The notes under the pieces: generated by a model
The model's input: only the letters and a program-made list of their open reading frames with translations
Told to the model about the DNA's origin: nothing
Database searches by the model: none
Assembly (NCBI GenBank): GCA_017522105.1
Contig: JAFXAA010000030.1
Location: 2,176 to 66,175 of the forward strand
Direction: 5' to 3'
DNA length: 64,000 nt
DNA from: Bacteroidales bacterium
GTDB taxonomy: Bacteria > Bacteroidota > Bacteroidia > Bacteroidales > P3
Program-made: the position numbers and the translations under genes
Shown: positions 28,951-39,098 of the stretch, piece after piece
Numbering within the stretch: position 1 is the first letter of the stretch
Layout: each line of letters starts with the position of its first letter

Positions 28951-30453
28951 ATGAAAAAACTGCTCATAACGCTTCTCTTTGTGGGCATTGGATGCTTTGC
29001 CTGGGCCTATGACTTCAGTGTGCCCAGGCAGGGCTATTCCCTTTATTTCAACATCGTGGACAACACCGACAAGGCTGTAGAGCTTGTTGCGCCGCAGGAA
29101 AAAGGCAACTACCGGTGGATGGGTATCGTTCCTCCAACTGGCGTGGTTAATATTCCTGCCGAGGTGGAGCACGACGGCGTGGTCTACACGGTTGTCTCCA
29201 TTGCCGAAAGGGCTTTTTCTGGCTGCGCTGACGTCACAGGTGTCAACTTCCCGCCAACGCTAACCGATATTGGTGCCTATGCGTTCTACCAGTGTCCAAA
29301 CTTGCGCGGCGTCATAACCCTTGGTGAAAACATCATCAATGTGGGGCGCGGCGCTTTTTATGGCTGCATGGGTATAACGGAGCTTCGGTTCAACGCCGTT
29401 GCATGTGAGTCTATGGGAGGCTCCCGTAGTGCCACAGTCTTCGGTAACTGTCGTTCGCTGACCAAGGTGACCTTCGGCCCCAATGTACGATTCATACCTG
29501 ACTATGCCTTCGTGGGCATGGATATGCTCCGCTTCCAGTGGAACCTTCCGGAGAGCCTTGAGGCAATCGGTGAATATGCTTTTGCCTATTGCTACTCAAT
29601 CAGTGGCAACCTGGTAATCCCTGAAGGCGTGAAGGTCATTGGCCCTTATGCTTTTGCACAGTGCCATTCGACAACGGGCATTGAGATACCGGCACGCATA
29701 GAACGCATAGACCAGCGCGCTTTTTACCAGTGCATAAATGTCAGGCAGATCACTGTCAAAGCCATTGTTCCGCCCAACGCCGGAGTGGAAATCTTCAGCG
29801 GCGTACCAGCTGGAGCACCGCTCTATGTCCCATGCATCAGCGTTGACAGCTACAGGAATGCCAAGGAGTGGGGCACGCGCAGCAACATACGCCAAACGGA
29901 GCCCTGCACCATAGAGCTTTATGCTCGGCCAGACGACCCTGAAAGCGGCAAGGTTGTTGGCTATGGCACCTACAGGGTGGGGGATACCGCCACTCTGACT
30001 GCCATCTGCCACTTGGGCTACGGTTTCCAGGGATGGGCCGACGGTAATGGCGACAACCCCAGACAGGTCATTGTCAAAGATACGACGACTTATGTGGCTG
30101 TCATGAAGGAGGCTGAAGTCATCCGCGAGGTTGAATATATACACGACACCACCTATATGGATGGTGTGGAGGTCATATATGAGACTTACGAGGTCAATGA
30201 TGTCGCAGAACCCATATCCTCACAAGAGAGAATAGTCTATGATCGCAAGAAGCGTCGTGTCGACGTGCCGATAGACCGCAAGGAGATTATGTCCCTTGCC
30301 CTCTATAATGAAGCCGGCCAGTGCATATTCACCGGCAAGCCTCTCTTTGGTCATGTCAACATGAGAAGGTACCCAACGGGCTACTATATTATCCGCATCA
30401 CCACACTCGACGACGAGCAGTTCCTCCGTTTCTTCCATTCGAAAAACAAATAA
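28951..30453 (+). CDS. BspA-type leucine-rich-repeat surface protein with T9SS type-A C-terminal sorting domain
   Basis: Signal peptide; repeated ...AF.GC..L..V..P..L..IG..AF... units; a Listeria-Bacteroides-type repeat (GYGFQGWADGNGDNP); C-terminus LALYNEAGQCIF...GYYIIRIT. Confidence 0.8.
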   Translation: MKKLLITLLFVGIGCFAWAYDFSVPRQGYSLYFNIVDNTDKAVELVAPQEKGNYRWMGIVPPTGVVNIPAEVEHDGVVYTVVSIAERAFSGCADVTGVNFPPTLTDIGAYAFYQCPNLRGVITLGENIINVGRGAFYGCMGITELRFNAVACESMGGSRSATVFGNCRSLTKVTFGPNVRFIPDYAFVGMDMLRFQWNLPESLEAIGEYAFAYCYSISGNLVIPEGVKVIGPYAFAQCHSTTGIEIPARIERIDQRAFYQCINVRQITVKAIVPPNAGVEIFSGVPAGAPLYVPCISVDSYRNAKEWGTRSNIRQTEPCTIELYARPDDPESGKVVGYGTYRVGDTATLTAICHLGYGFQGWADGNGDNPRQVIVKDTTTYVAVMKEAEVIREVEYIHDTTYMDGVEVIYETYEVNDVAEPISSQERIVYDRKKRRVDVPIDRKEIMSLALYNEAGQCIFTGKPLFGHVNMRRYPTGYYIIRITTLDDEQFLRFFHSKNK

Positions 30454-30468
30454 AACAACAATAACAAT

Positions 30469-33318
30469 ATGGCAAAAAACAACTTTGCATCACGCCACAA
30501 CGGTGTCTCCAAAGAGGCCGATGTGCAGAAAATGCTTGACACCATCGGTGTTGGCACCATGGACGAGCTCATTGATAAGGCTGTCCCGGCAGCCATCCGC
30601 CTCGCCGAACCGCTGCCTCTTGACAGCGGCGTCTCCGAGCAGGCTTTCCTTGGCCGCGTACGTTCCCTCGCGCAGCGCAACAAACTTTACCGCACATACA
30701 TCGGTATGGGCTACTATGGCACGGTGACCCCGGCTGTCATCATGCGCAACGTCTTCGAGAACCCCGGTTGGTACACCAGCTACACTCCGTATCAGACAGA
30801 GATTTCGCAGGGCCGCCTTCAGGCACTTATGACCTATCAGACTATGGTTGCCTCGATGACCGGCATGCCCCTGTCCAATGCTTCGCTTCTTGACGAGGCC
30901 ACTGCCGCCGGCGAGGCCATGATTATGTTCTACAACAGCCGTTCGCGTCAGGCTGTGAAGGACGGCGTCTGCAAGGTCTTTGTCGACGAAGGTATCCTCC
31001 CGCAGACCCTCGCGGTCATGCAGACCAACGCCGCACCGCGTGGCATCGAGATTGTCACCGGCAAAGCCGCCCAGACAGAACTCGACGGCAGTTATTTCGC
31101 AGCCTTCGTGCAGTACCCCAACCAGTTCGGCGAAGCCATGGACTGGACTCCTTTCATCGCCAAGTGCCATGAGAAAGGCATCTTCGTCTGCATGGCCACC
31201 GACCTGATGGCCCTTGCCCTCATGAAGACTCCGGGCGAGATGGGTGCCGACTGTGCCGTGGGTAGCACACAGCGTTTCGGTCTGCCGATGGGCTTCGGCG
31301 GTCCCCATGCTGGCTTCTTCGCCTTCACCGATGCCTTCAAGCGTCTCTTCCCGGGACGTATCATCGGCTGGAGCGTCGACGCCAAGGGCAACCCCGCTCT
31401 CCGTATGGCACTCGGCATGCGCGAGCAGCACATCAAGCGCGACAAAGCCACTTCCAACATCTGCACAGCCTCGGCTCTTGTGGCCAACATGAGCGGTTTC
31501 TACGCCGTGTGGCATGGCCCGGAAGGCATCAGCGAGATAGCCACCCGCATCTGCGCCCGTGCCCACCGTCTGGCCATGGAGCTGGAACAGTATGGCTACA
31601 AGCAGTGGAACAAGGTATACTTCGACACGCTCGCCCTTCAGTGCCCCGTGCCCACCGCCAAGGTGCGCGAAGTGGCTCTCAAGCATGAGATCAACTTCCG
31701 CTACATCTGCGACGAGTGCATCGGCATCAGCATCGACGAGACCACAGAGAAGGCCGACCTCGACGCCATAGTGGCCTGCCTCGCAGAAGCCGCTGGCAAG
31801 AGCGCCAAGCCGCTGGAGTGCAAGGGCAGCTGCTGCCAGTTCGCCAACGAGGCCATACCCGCCGACCTCAAGCGCGCCACATCCTTCCTCACGCAGAAGG
31901 TCTTCAACTCATACCACGACGAGACTTCCATGATGCGCTATATAAAGATGCTTGAGGAGAAAGACCTCTCCCTCAACCGCGCCATGATACCTCTCGGCTC
32001 ATGCACCATGAAACTCAACGCCGCCGCCGAGATGATGCCTCTCTCGTGGAGCAGGTTCGCAGGCATGCATCCCTTTGTGCCCGCCGACCAGGCCGAGGGC
32101 TACATTGAGATGATCAAGGACATCGAGCACCGTCTCGCCGTCATTACGGGCTTTGCCGGATGCTCTCTGCAGCCCAACTCGGGTGCCTATGGCGAGTACA
32201 GCGGCCTCACGGTTATTCGCAACTACCATATTGCCAACGGCCAGCCCCAGCGCAACGTCTGCCTCATCCCGGCTTCGGCCCACGGCACCAACCCCGCTTC
32301 CGCCGCCAAGGCCGGCATGACGGTGGTTGTCGTGAAGTGCAACGACCGCGGCGATGTGGACATCGACGATCTGCGTGCCAAAGCCGAGCAGTACAAGGAC
32401 ACCCTCAGCTGCCTCATGATCACCTATCCCTCCACCCACGGTGCCTTCGAGGAAGGTATCCTCGACATCATCAACATCATCCATTCGCTGGGTGCTCTTG
32501 TCTACATGGACGGTGCCAACATGAACGCTCAGGTCGGCCTCACCAGCCCCGGCCGCATGGGTGCCGATGTGTGCCACCTCAACCTCCACAAGACCTTCGC
32601 CATGCCTCACGGCGGTGGCGGCCCCGGTGTCGGCCCCATCTGCGTCAGCCAGAAACTCGTCGACTTCCTGCCCACCCATCCCGTGGTCAGCGTCGGCGGC
32701 GCCAAGGGCAACACCATGGCGGCAGCACCCTACGGCAGCGCCTATCTCCTGCCCATCACCTATGGCTACCTCCTCATGCTCGGCGGCGACGGCCTCACCG
32801 AGGTCACCAAGCATGCCATCCTCAACGCCAACTATCTCCGCGCCCGCCTGCAGAAGTACTACAAGATACTCTACACCAACCGTAACGGTATGTGCGGCCA
32901 CGAGATGATTGTCGACTTCAACGAGTTCAGCCTCAAGGTCAGTGTCGGCGACATCGCCAAACGTCTCATGGACTATGGTTTCCATGCCCCCACGGTGGCT
33001 TTCCCCGTGCACAACACCCTCATGGTGGAACCCACCGAGAGCGAGCCCCTCGCCGAACTCGACCGCTTCTGCGACGCCATGATTGCCATCCGTCAGGAGA
33101 TTGACGACGTCATGACCGGCAAGGTGGACGAGCACAACAACCCCATCTGCAACGCCCCGCACACCATGCAGGTGGTCTGCGCCGACGAGTGGAACCTCCC
33201 GTACAGCCGCCAGAAGGCTGCCTTCCCGCAGCCCCACTGCGAGAAGTACTGGCCCACCATCAGCAAGATCGACGACGCCTACGGCGACCGCAACCTGCAG
33301 GCCGTCTGGGCTGAATAG
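30469..33318 (+). CDS. gcvP: glycine dehydrogenase (aminomethyl-transferring), single-chain P protein
   Basis: 949 aa, with the PLP-lysine region HLNLHKTFAMPHGGGGPG. Confidence 0.95.
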   Translation: MAKNNFASRHNGVSKEADVQKMLDTIGVGTMDELIDKAVPAAIRLAEPLPLDSGVSEQAFLGRVRSLAQRNKLYRTYIGMGYYGTVTPAVIMRNVFENPGWYTSYTPYQTEISQGRLQALMTYQTMVASMTGMPLSNASLLDEATAAGEAMIMFYNSRSRQAVKDGVCKVFVDEGILPQTLAVMQTNAAPRGIEIVTGKAAQTELDGSYFAAFVQYPNQFGEAMDWTPFIAKCHEKGIFVCMATDLMALALMKTPGEMGADCAVGSTQRFGLPMGFGGPHAGFFAFTDAFKRLFPGRIIGWSVDAKGNPALRMALGMREQHIKRDKATSNICTASALVANMSGFYAVWHGPEGISEIATRICARAHRLAMELEQYGYKQWNKVYFDTLALQCPVPTAKVREVALKHEINFRYICDECIGISIDETTEKADLDAIVACLAEAAGKSAKPLECKGSCCQFANEAIPADLKRATSFLTQKVFNSYHDETSMMRYIKMLEEKDLSLNRAMIPLGSCTMKLNAAAEMMPLSWSRFAGMHPFVPADQAEGYIEMIKDIEHRLAVITGFAGCSLQPNSGAYGEYSGLTVIRNYHIANGQPQRNVCLIPASAHGTNPASAAKAGMTVVVVKCNDRGDVDIDDLRAKAEQYKDTLSCLMITYPSTHGAFEEGILDIINIIHSLGALVYMDGANMNAQVGLTSPGRMGADVCHLNLHKTFAMPHGGGGPGVGPICVSQKLVDFLPTHPVVSVGGAKGNTMAAAPYGSAYLLPITYGYLLMLGGDGLTEVTKHAILNANYLRARLQKYYKILYTNRNGMCGHEMIVDFNEFSLKVSVGDIAKRLMDYGFHAPTVAFPVHNTLMVEPTESEPLAELDRFCDAMIAIRQEIDDVMTGKVDEHNNPICNAPHTMQVVCADEWNLPYSRQKAAFPQPHCEKYWPTISKIDDAYGDRNLQAVWAE

Positions 33319-33340
33319 TCATTGGGCAGACAATAAAAGT

Positions 33341-33376
33341 GATGGCCGGCTACCTCGTAGCCGGCCATCTTTTTTG
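33341..33376. terminator. bidirectional terminator between gcvP and clpC
   Basis: GATGGCCGGCTA-cctcg-TAGCCGGCCATC followed by TTTTTTG; A-rich on the other side. Confidence 0.8.
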
Positions 33377-33459
33377 TTTGGCGCCCGTGTGGCGTACGTC
33401 CGTTGCCTCGAGCTCCGCTGCCACGCCGAGGCGCAGGGTGGGGGAGGCGGCCCGTGGCT

Positions 33460-36036
33460 TCAGCCTACGGGCGTAGGCTCCGTGTTGAAGGCCTCCTCCA
33501 GTTCGCGGCTCGTCTCGCCCTTCTCCACATCGAAGAACACCTTGTTCTCGTCGGCGCTGATGCGGATGGTGTCGCCGGGCAGTTTCACGGCCTTGATGAT
33601 CTCGTCGGCCAGGTCGTCCTCCACATAGCGCTGTATGGCTCTCCGCAGCGGTCGCGCGCCGTACTGCTCGTCCCATCCCTTGGCCACAAGGAAGTCCTTG
33701 GCTTTTTCGTCAATCTCCACGCCGTAACCCATCTGCCTCACGCGTGCGAACAGACCCTTCAACTCAATGTCTATTATCTTATGTATGTCTTCGCGTTTCA
33801 GGCTGTTGAAGTAGATGATGTCGTCTATGCGGTTGATGAATTCAGGCGCAAAAGCCTTTTTCAGGCTCTTCTCTATCACGTCGCGTTGCAGCTCCGCTTT
33901 CTCGGCCTCGCGGGCGGCGGTGTTGAAGCCCACGCCCGTGCCGAACTCCTTGAGCTGACGGCTGCCGATGTTCGACGTCATTATTATTATGGTGTTCTTG
34001 AAGTCCACCTTGCGCCCTATGCCGTCGGTGAGCACACCGTCGTCGAGCACCTGCAGCAGCACGTTGAACACGTCGGGGTGCGCTTTCTCAATCTCGTCCA
34101 GCAGCACTATGCTGTACGGCTTGCGGCGCACACGCTCCGTCAGCTGGCCGCCTTCCTCGTAGCCCACATATCCCGGAGGCGCTCCTATCAGGCGGCTCAC
34201 GGCAAACTTCTCCATATACTCGCTCATGTCTATCCTTATCATCGCCGCCTCGCTGTCAAACAGGTACTTGGCCAGCACTTTGGTGAGGTAGGTCTTACCC
34301 ACGCCCGTGGGACCGAGGAAGAGGAAGCTGCCTATCGGGCGGTTCGGGTCTTTGAGGCCCGCACGGTTGCGCCTGATGGCTTTGGCAATCTGGCTTATCG
34401 CCTCGTCCTGCCCAACCACCGAGCCTTTCAGCTCGCTCTCCATGTTCAGCAGGCGCCCCTGCTCGCTCTCCGCGATGCGCTCCACCGGCACGCCGGTCAT
34501 CATGGCCACCACGGCGGCCACATCCTCGGCCTTCACCTGCACGCGCTTCTCGCGCTCCTCGTCTTCCCAGCGCTTCTTCATGTCGGCCAGCTTGGCCGTA
34601 AGGTCGCGCTCCTGGTCGCGGTACTGCGCCGCCTCGCTGTAGTGCTTGCCGGCAAGCACCTCCTTCTTCAGCTTTGCCACCTTTGCCACCTCGGCCTCCA
34701 GCGTCACTATCTCCTCCGGCACCTTCACGTTGGCTATCCTCACCCGCGCCCCGGCCTCGTCCATGGCGTCGATGGCCTTGTCCGGCTGAAGGCGGTCGCT
34801 CACATAGCGCTCCGTCAGGCTCACGCAGGCCTCTATGGCCTCGTCGCTGTAGCTCACCATGTGGTGGTCTTCGTATTTGTCCTTTATGTTGTTCAGTATC
34901 TCCAGCGTCTCCTCCGCCGTGGCGGGTTCCACCAGCACTTTCTGGAACCTCCGCTCCAGGGCGGTGTCCTTCTCGATGTACTGGCGGTATTCGTCGAGCG
35001 TCGTCGTGCCGATGCACTGTATGGCCCCGCGGCTCAGTGCGGGCTTGAACATGTTGCTCGCGTCCAGACTTCCAGCCGCGCTCCCGGCGCCGACGATGGT
35101 GTGTATCTCGTCGATGAAGATGATAATCTCCGGATGCTGCTCCAGCTCGGTGATGATGGCCTTCATCCTCTCTTCGAACTGGCCGCGGTACTTCGTGCCC
35201 GCCACCAGCCCTGCAAGGTCGAGGCTCAGCAGGCGCTTGCCGTAGAGCGTACGCGGCACATTGCCCTCGGCAATCCTCAGCGCCAGCCCCTCGGCTATGG
35301 CGCTCTTGCCAACGCCGCTCTCGCCGATCAGTATCGGGTTGTTCTTCTTCCGGCGGCTCAATATCTGCGCTATGCGGTCCATCTCCTTCTGCCGCCCCAC
35401 TATGGGGTCAAGCTTCCCTTGCTCGGCCAGCTTCGTCAGGTCGCGCCCGAAGTTCTCCAGCGCCGGCGTGCCGCTCTTGCCGCTCTCGGCCTTCCGCTTC
35501 CCGCCGTCGCTCCGCGTGGGGTCGTCGAAGGGGTCGTCGTTGTCGTCGTCGCTCGTCTGCATGCTGAAGTCGGGTAGGGCAGAGGGCTCCGTGGCGGGCC
35601 CGTTGGCTCTCACCACCTTGCTGAACCGCTCGTAGTCCACGCCGGCCTTCTGCAGCAGGTTGCTCACCAGGTTGTCGCCTTCCTGCAGCATGGCCAGCAC
35701 CAGGTGCTCCGTACCGATTTCCTTGGCTTTCAGCTTGATGCTCTCCAGGTAGCTCAGCCGTAGCACTTTCTCAGTCTGCCGCAGCATCGGTATTTCGCTG
35801 TCCTCGGTGTAGCGCACGTCGGCATCGGCCTGGCTCACGTGCTTCTCTATCTTTTCCTTGATTTCGTCGCAGTTCACACCCAGCGCCGCCAGCATGCCCA
35901 GCGCAGTGCTCTCCGGCACACGCATGATGCCGAGGAATATGTGCTCCACTCCGATGGCGCCGTTTTTGAGCCTGATGGCTTCGTCTCGGCTGAAAGCCAC
36001 GGCTTTGCGGGTGTTCTCACTTAAGTTGTTGTCCAT
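33460..36036 (-). CDS. clpC: ATP-dependent Clp protease ATP-binding subunit (ClpC-type AAA+ chaperone)
   Basis: Clp_N repeats, Walker A motifs GESGVGKSA and GPTGVGKT, and a UVR-like middle segment. Confidence 0.9.
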   Translation of the reverse strand: MDNNLSENTRKAVAFSRDEAIRLKNGAIGVEHIFLGIMRVPESTALGMLAALGVNCDEIKEKIEKHVSQADADVRYTEDSEIPMLRQTEKVLRLSYLESIKLKAKEIGTEHLVLAMLQEGDNLVSNLLQKAGVDYERFSKVVRANGPATEPSALPDFSMQTSDDDNDDPFDDPTRSDGGKRKAESGKSGTPALENFGRDLTKLAEQGKLDPIVGRQKEMDRIAQILSRRKKNNPILIGESGVGKSAIAEGLALRIAEGNVPRTLYGKRLLSLDLAGLVAGTKYRGQFEERMKAIITELEQHPEIIIFIDEIHTIVGAGSAAGSLDASNMFKPALSRGAIQCIGTTTLDEYRQYIEKDTALERRFQKVLVEPATAEETLEILNNIKDKYEDHHMVSYSDEAIEACVSLTERYVSDRLQPDKAIDAMDEAGARVRIANVKVPEEIVTLEAEVAKVAKLKKEVLAGKHYSEAAQYRDQERDLTAKLADMKKRWEDEEREKRVQVKAEDVAAVVAMMTGVPVERIAESEQGRLLNMESELKGSVVGQDEAISQIAKAIRRNRAGLKDPNRPIGSFLFLGPTGVGKTYLTKVLAKYLFDSEAAMIRIDMSEYMEKFAVSRLIGAPPGYVGYEEGGQLTERVRRKPYSIVLLDEIEKAHPDVFNVLLQVLDDGVLTDGIGRKVDFKNTIIIMTSNIGSRQLKEFGTGVGFNTAAREAEKAELQRDVIEKSLKKAFAPEFINRIDDIIYFNSLKREDIHKIIDIELKGLFARVRQMGYGVEIDEKAKDFLVAKGWDEQYGARPLRRAIQRYVEDDLADEIIKAVKLPGDTIRISADENKVFFDVEKGETSRELEEAFNTEPTPVG

Positions 36037-36058
36037 TTTTCAACGGTTTTTCACTTTG

Positions 36059-36066
36059 CAAAAGTA
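36059..36066 (-). promoter_or_regulatory. -7 box TACTTTTG (clpC)
   Basis: The plus strand reads CAAAAGTA, 23 nt upstream of the clpC ATG. Confidence 0.55.
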
Positions 36067-36186
36067 CATCTTTCCTACCATCTGCAACTTCCATGCCAAA
36101 AGTTGTTATCAACATCCCCGTGTCAATACCACCGTCCGCCGTTGTACGCGGCTCCACTTTCTCCTGCCTCCCCATGCATCCTCACC

Positions 36187-36311
36187 GGAGTCCCTACGGC
36201 ATTTCTTCAGTAGTTCTTCAGTAGTTCTTCAGTAGTATTTCAGTGTTTGACTGAAGAACTACTGAAGAACTACTGAAGAACTACTGAAGAAATGCCGTAC
36301 CGGCTCCGTAC
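36187..36311. repeat. family B palindromic element, copy 1 (11-nt TTCTTCAGTAG units)
   Basis: GGAGTCCCTACGGCATT-(TCTTCAGTAGT)x3...loop TTTCAGTGTTTGAC...(CTACTGAAGAA)x3-ATGCCGTACCGGCTCCGTAC. Confidence 0.95.
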
Positions 36312-36410
36312 TGCTGCCGTCGCAGTTTGCGACACTTCTGTTTGTCAGTGCGTTGTCTCGGTGTTCATAAATAGTGCGCTTTTTGCTGCCGAAGTTTGCA
36401 AAATATTTCG

Positions 36411-36418
36411 TATCTTTG
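36411..36418 (+). promoter_or_regulatory. -7 box TATCTTTG (argS)
   Basis: Lies 29 nt before the ATG at 36448. Confidence 0.6.
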
Positions 36419-36447
36419 CATTTCAATAATATAAGCAACAACGCATT

Positions 36448-38247
36448 ATGGCTTTGAATATCACCGACTCTCTGTCAAAGGCTATTTCCTTGGCCCTCAA
36501 AGAACTCTATGGAATAGAACAGTCAGCGGACAGCATCACGCTGCAGGACACCCGTCGCGAGTTCCGCGGCGACTACACTCTCGTCGTCTTTCCCTATGTC
36601 AAGCAGGCACGCAAGAGCCCTGAAGCTGTGGCAGCCGAGATTGGCGAGGCTGTGAAGAACAACCTTGCCGAGGTGTGCGGCTACAACGTCATCAAGGGCT
36701 TCCTCAACTTCGAGATTGCCGATGCCTACTGGCTGCGTTTCCTCGAAGAGAAAGCTTCGGACAGCCACTATGGCATTGTGAGCGCCGATGCCGACAAGGC
36801 TCCAGTTGTGGTTGAATACAGCAGCCCTAACACCAACAAACCGTTGCATTTGGGTCATATCCGCAACAACCTCCTCGGATGGTCGGTGAGTCAGCTCTTG
36901 GCTGCTGCCGGTGCCAACGTGAAAAAGGTTAACCTCGTCAACGACCGCGGTATCCATATCTGCAAGAGCATGCTCGCCTGGCTGCGCTACGGCAACGGCG
37001 AGACTCCCGAGAGTTCGGGCATGAAGGGCGACCACCTCGTTGGCAAATACTATGTGGAGTTCGACAAGCATTATAAAGAAGAAGTAAAGCAGCTGATGCA
37101 GAGTGGGGTAGAGGAGGAGCAGGCCAAACGTGAGGCACCTCTCATGGTTGAGGCGCAGCAGATGCTCAAACGCTGGGAAGAGGGTGACAAGGAGGTCCGA
37201 GCCCTGTGGGAAAAGATGAACGGATGGGTCTATGCGGGCTTCGACGAGACTTACGACCGCCTCGGAGTCGGTTTCGACAAGGTGTACTACGAAAGCCAGA
37301 CCTATCTTCTCGGCAAGGAGTTGGTGCAGAAGGGATTGGATATGGGCGTGCTGTTCCGCAAGGAGGATGGCTCCGTCTGGTGCGACCTGACGGCAGACGG
37401 CCTTGACCAGAAGCTGCTGCTCCGCAAGGACGGCACCAGCGTCTATATGACGCAGGACCTCGGCACCGCTCTGCTCCGCCACAAGGACTTCGGCGCCGAG
37501 CGTCTCATATATGTCGTGGGCAACGAGCAGGACTATCACTTTAAAGTACTGAAACTTATACTTGGCAAACTCGGGTTCCCCTGGGCCGACAAGGTTTTCC
37601 ATCTCAGCTACGGCATGGTGGAACTGCCTAACGGCAAGATGAAAAGCCGCGAGGGCACCGTTGTGGATGCCGACGACCTCATAGACGAGATGGAGCGTAC
37701 CGCCGAGGAAATGAGCCGCGAGCACGGCAAGAACGACGAGTTGTCGCCCGAGGAGCAGCGCCATCTGTACCATATACTTGCGCTTGGCGCCCTTAAGTAT
37801 TTCATCCTTAAAGTGGATCCCACCAAGAACATGCTCTTCAATCCTGCGGAGAGCATTGACTTCAACGGCAACACAGGCCCCTTCATCCAGTACACACATG
37901 CACGCATTCGCAGCATCGTGCGCAAGGCTGCCGAGGGAGGTCTGCAATCCCAGCCCGGTGCATGGCAGGCGCTTGAACTGAACGAAAAGGAGAGAGGAGT
38001 GCTTAAAGTATTGCATTCACTGCCGTCTACAATCGAAGCAGCAGCAGCGGCTTACAGCCCGGCCATGGTCGCCAACTACGCCTACGAACTTGCCAAAGCC
38101 TTCAACAGCTTCTACCAGGACACCCCAATCCTGCGCGAGGAGAACCAGCATCTCAAGGACATGCGCGTCAGCCTCTGCGCCGCGGTGGCTTTCGCCCTCA
38201 AGAATACAATGAACATACTCGGCATCGAAGTGCCTGAAAGGATGTAA
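36448..38247 (+). CDS. argS: arginine--tRNA ligase
   Basis: Class I signature PNTNKPLHLGH and the KMSKS-like NGKMKSREG. 599 aa. Confidence 0.95.
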   Translation: MALNITDSLSKAISLALKELYGIEQSADSITLQDTRREFRGDYTLVVFPYVKQARKSPEAVAAEIGEAVKNNLAEVCGYNVIKGFLNFEIADAYWLRFLEEKASDSHYGIVSADADKAPVVVEYSSPNTNKPLHLGHIRNNLLGWSVSQLLAAAGANVKKVNLVNDRGIHICKSMLAWLRYGNGETPESSGMKGDHLVGKYYVEFDKHYKEEVKQLMQSGVEEEQAKREAPLMVEAQQMLKRWEEGDKEVRALWEKMNGWVYAGFDETYDRLGVGFDKVYYESQTYLLGKELVQKGLDMGVLFRKEDGSVWCDLTADGLDQKLLLRKDGTSVYMTQDLGTALLRHKDFGAERLIYVVGNEQDYHFKVLKLILGKLGFPWADKVFHLSYGMVELPNGKMKSREGTVVDADDLIDEMERTAEEMSREHGKNDELSPEEQRHLYHILALGALKYFILKVDPTKNMLFNPAESIDFNGNTGPFIQYTHARIRSIVRKAAEGGLQSQPGAWQALELNEKERGVLKVLHSLPSTIEAAAAAYSPAMVANYAYELAKAFNSFYQDTPILREENQHLKDMRVSLCAAVAFALKNTMNILGIEVPERM

Positions 38248-38248
38248 G

Positions 38249-38977
38249 ATGATATACAAACAGCAAGTCGAAGTACCGTCCTACCTGTGTGACGTGGACG
38301 ACAGACTCCATGTGTGGGCCGCGGTACGGCTGTGTCAGGAAGTGACAGAATATCATGGCAATGCCACCGGCATCGGGTTCAAGACCCTTTTGGCGCAGAA
38401 CCGCGCCTGGGTCATCACGCACGCGCTCTACCATTTCCATCGTCTGCCCATGGCTTTCGAGCATATTATGTTAAATACATGGTCGCGCGGAAACAACGGT
38501 CTCATCGCTAATCGCGACTATCGTGTGTTGTCTGAAGCAGGCGAGACGCTCGTCACAGGAACATCGGCCTGGGCTCTCATCGACATGACTTCGCGACGCG
38601 TAATGCGCCTCAACGACGTGATTTCCAATTATGAGAACCATACAGAATGTGCCACAGAGTACGACAAGCTTGCCAAGTTGCAGGTTCCGGCCATGTCCGA
38701 TTCTGATTTGGCCATGCAGCGCCCGGTGAGTTATGCCATGCTCGACCACACACGGCATGTGAATAATTCCGAATACATCCGCATGATTTTTGACTGCCTG
38801 TACAATACAGGCTTCAGCACAGCTCAGCCGTTCACCCTTGAAATCAACTTTGCACATGAATCCCGGCCCGGTGACACGCTGAACCTTTATCGGGTTGTCG
38901 ACGGCGACACACAGTTTGTAACCATCACTCATGCCCGTGGCATAGGCATTTCTGCTAAAATCACTCCATATAAATAA
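38249..38977 (+). CDS. acyl-[ACP] thioesterase family protein
   Basis: 242 aa with a double hot-dog-like layout. The N-terminus YKQQVEVPSYLCDVDDRL...NRAWVI resembles acyl-ACP thioesterases. The gene starts 1 nt after the argS stop. Confidence 0.75.
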   Translation: MIYKQQVEVPSYLCDVDDRLHVWAAVRLCQEVTEYHGNATGIGFKTLLAQNRAWVITHALYHFHRLPMAFEHIMLNTWSRGNNGLIANRDYRVLSEAGETLVTGTSAWALIDMTSRRVMRLNDVISNYENHTECATEYDKLAKLQVPAMSDSDLAMQRPVSYAMLDHTRHVNNSEYIRMIFDCLYNTGFSTAQPFTLEINFAHESRPGDTLNLYRVVDGDTQFVTITHARGIGISAKITPYK

Positions 38978-39098
38978 TCCGTCCCGCCGCCGTAGCACCT
39001 GTTTTTTTACAACGGTATGAAAATATCAATACGGCGGTTATGTTAAATTGGAATGGAGATACGGCACCTATTCATATAGTATGCATCTGCGGTGAGAC

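Noticed and set aside
30454-30468. Glycine riboswitch upstream of gcvP
   Set aside because: Only 15 nt separate the LRR gene stop from the gcvP start, which leaves no room for a riboswitch. Any control element must lie elsewhere.
33461-33485. The last codons of clpC (CCTACGGGCGTAGGCTCCGTG) resemble the palindromic-element terminus GCCGTAGGGGCTCCGTA
   Set aside because: The match requires a 2-nt gap and covers only about 14 nt. It lies in a conserved reading frame, and no arm repeats are adjacent. It is probably coincidental.
33403-35577. 724-aa ORF on the plus strand
   Set aside because: It is antisense to clpC, which has two AAA+ modules. It is a shadow ORF.
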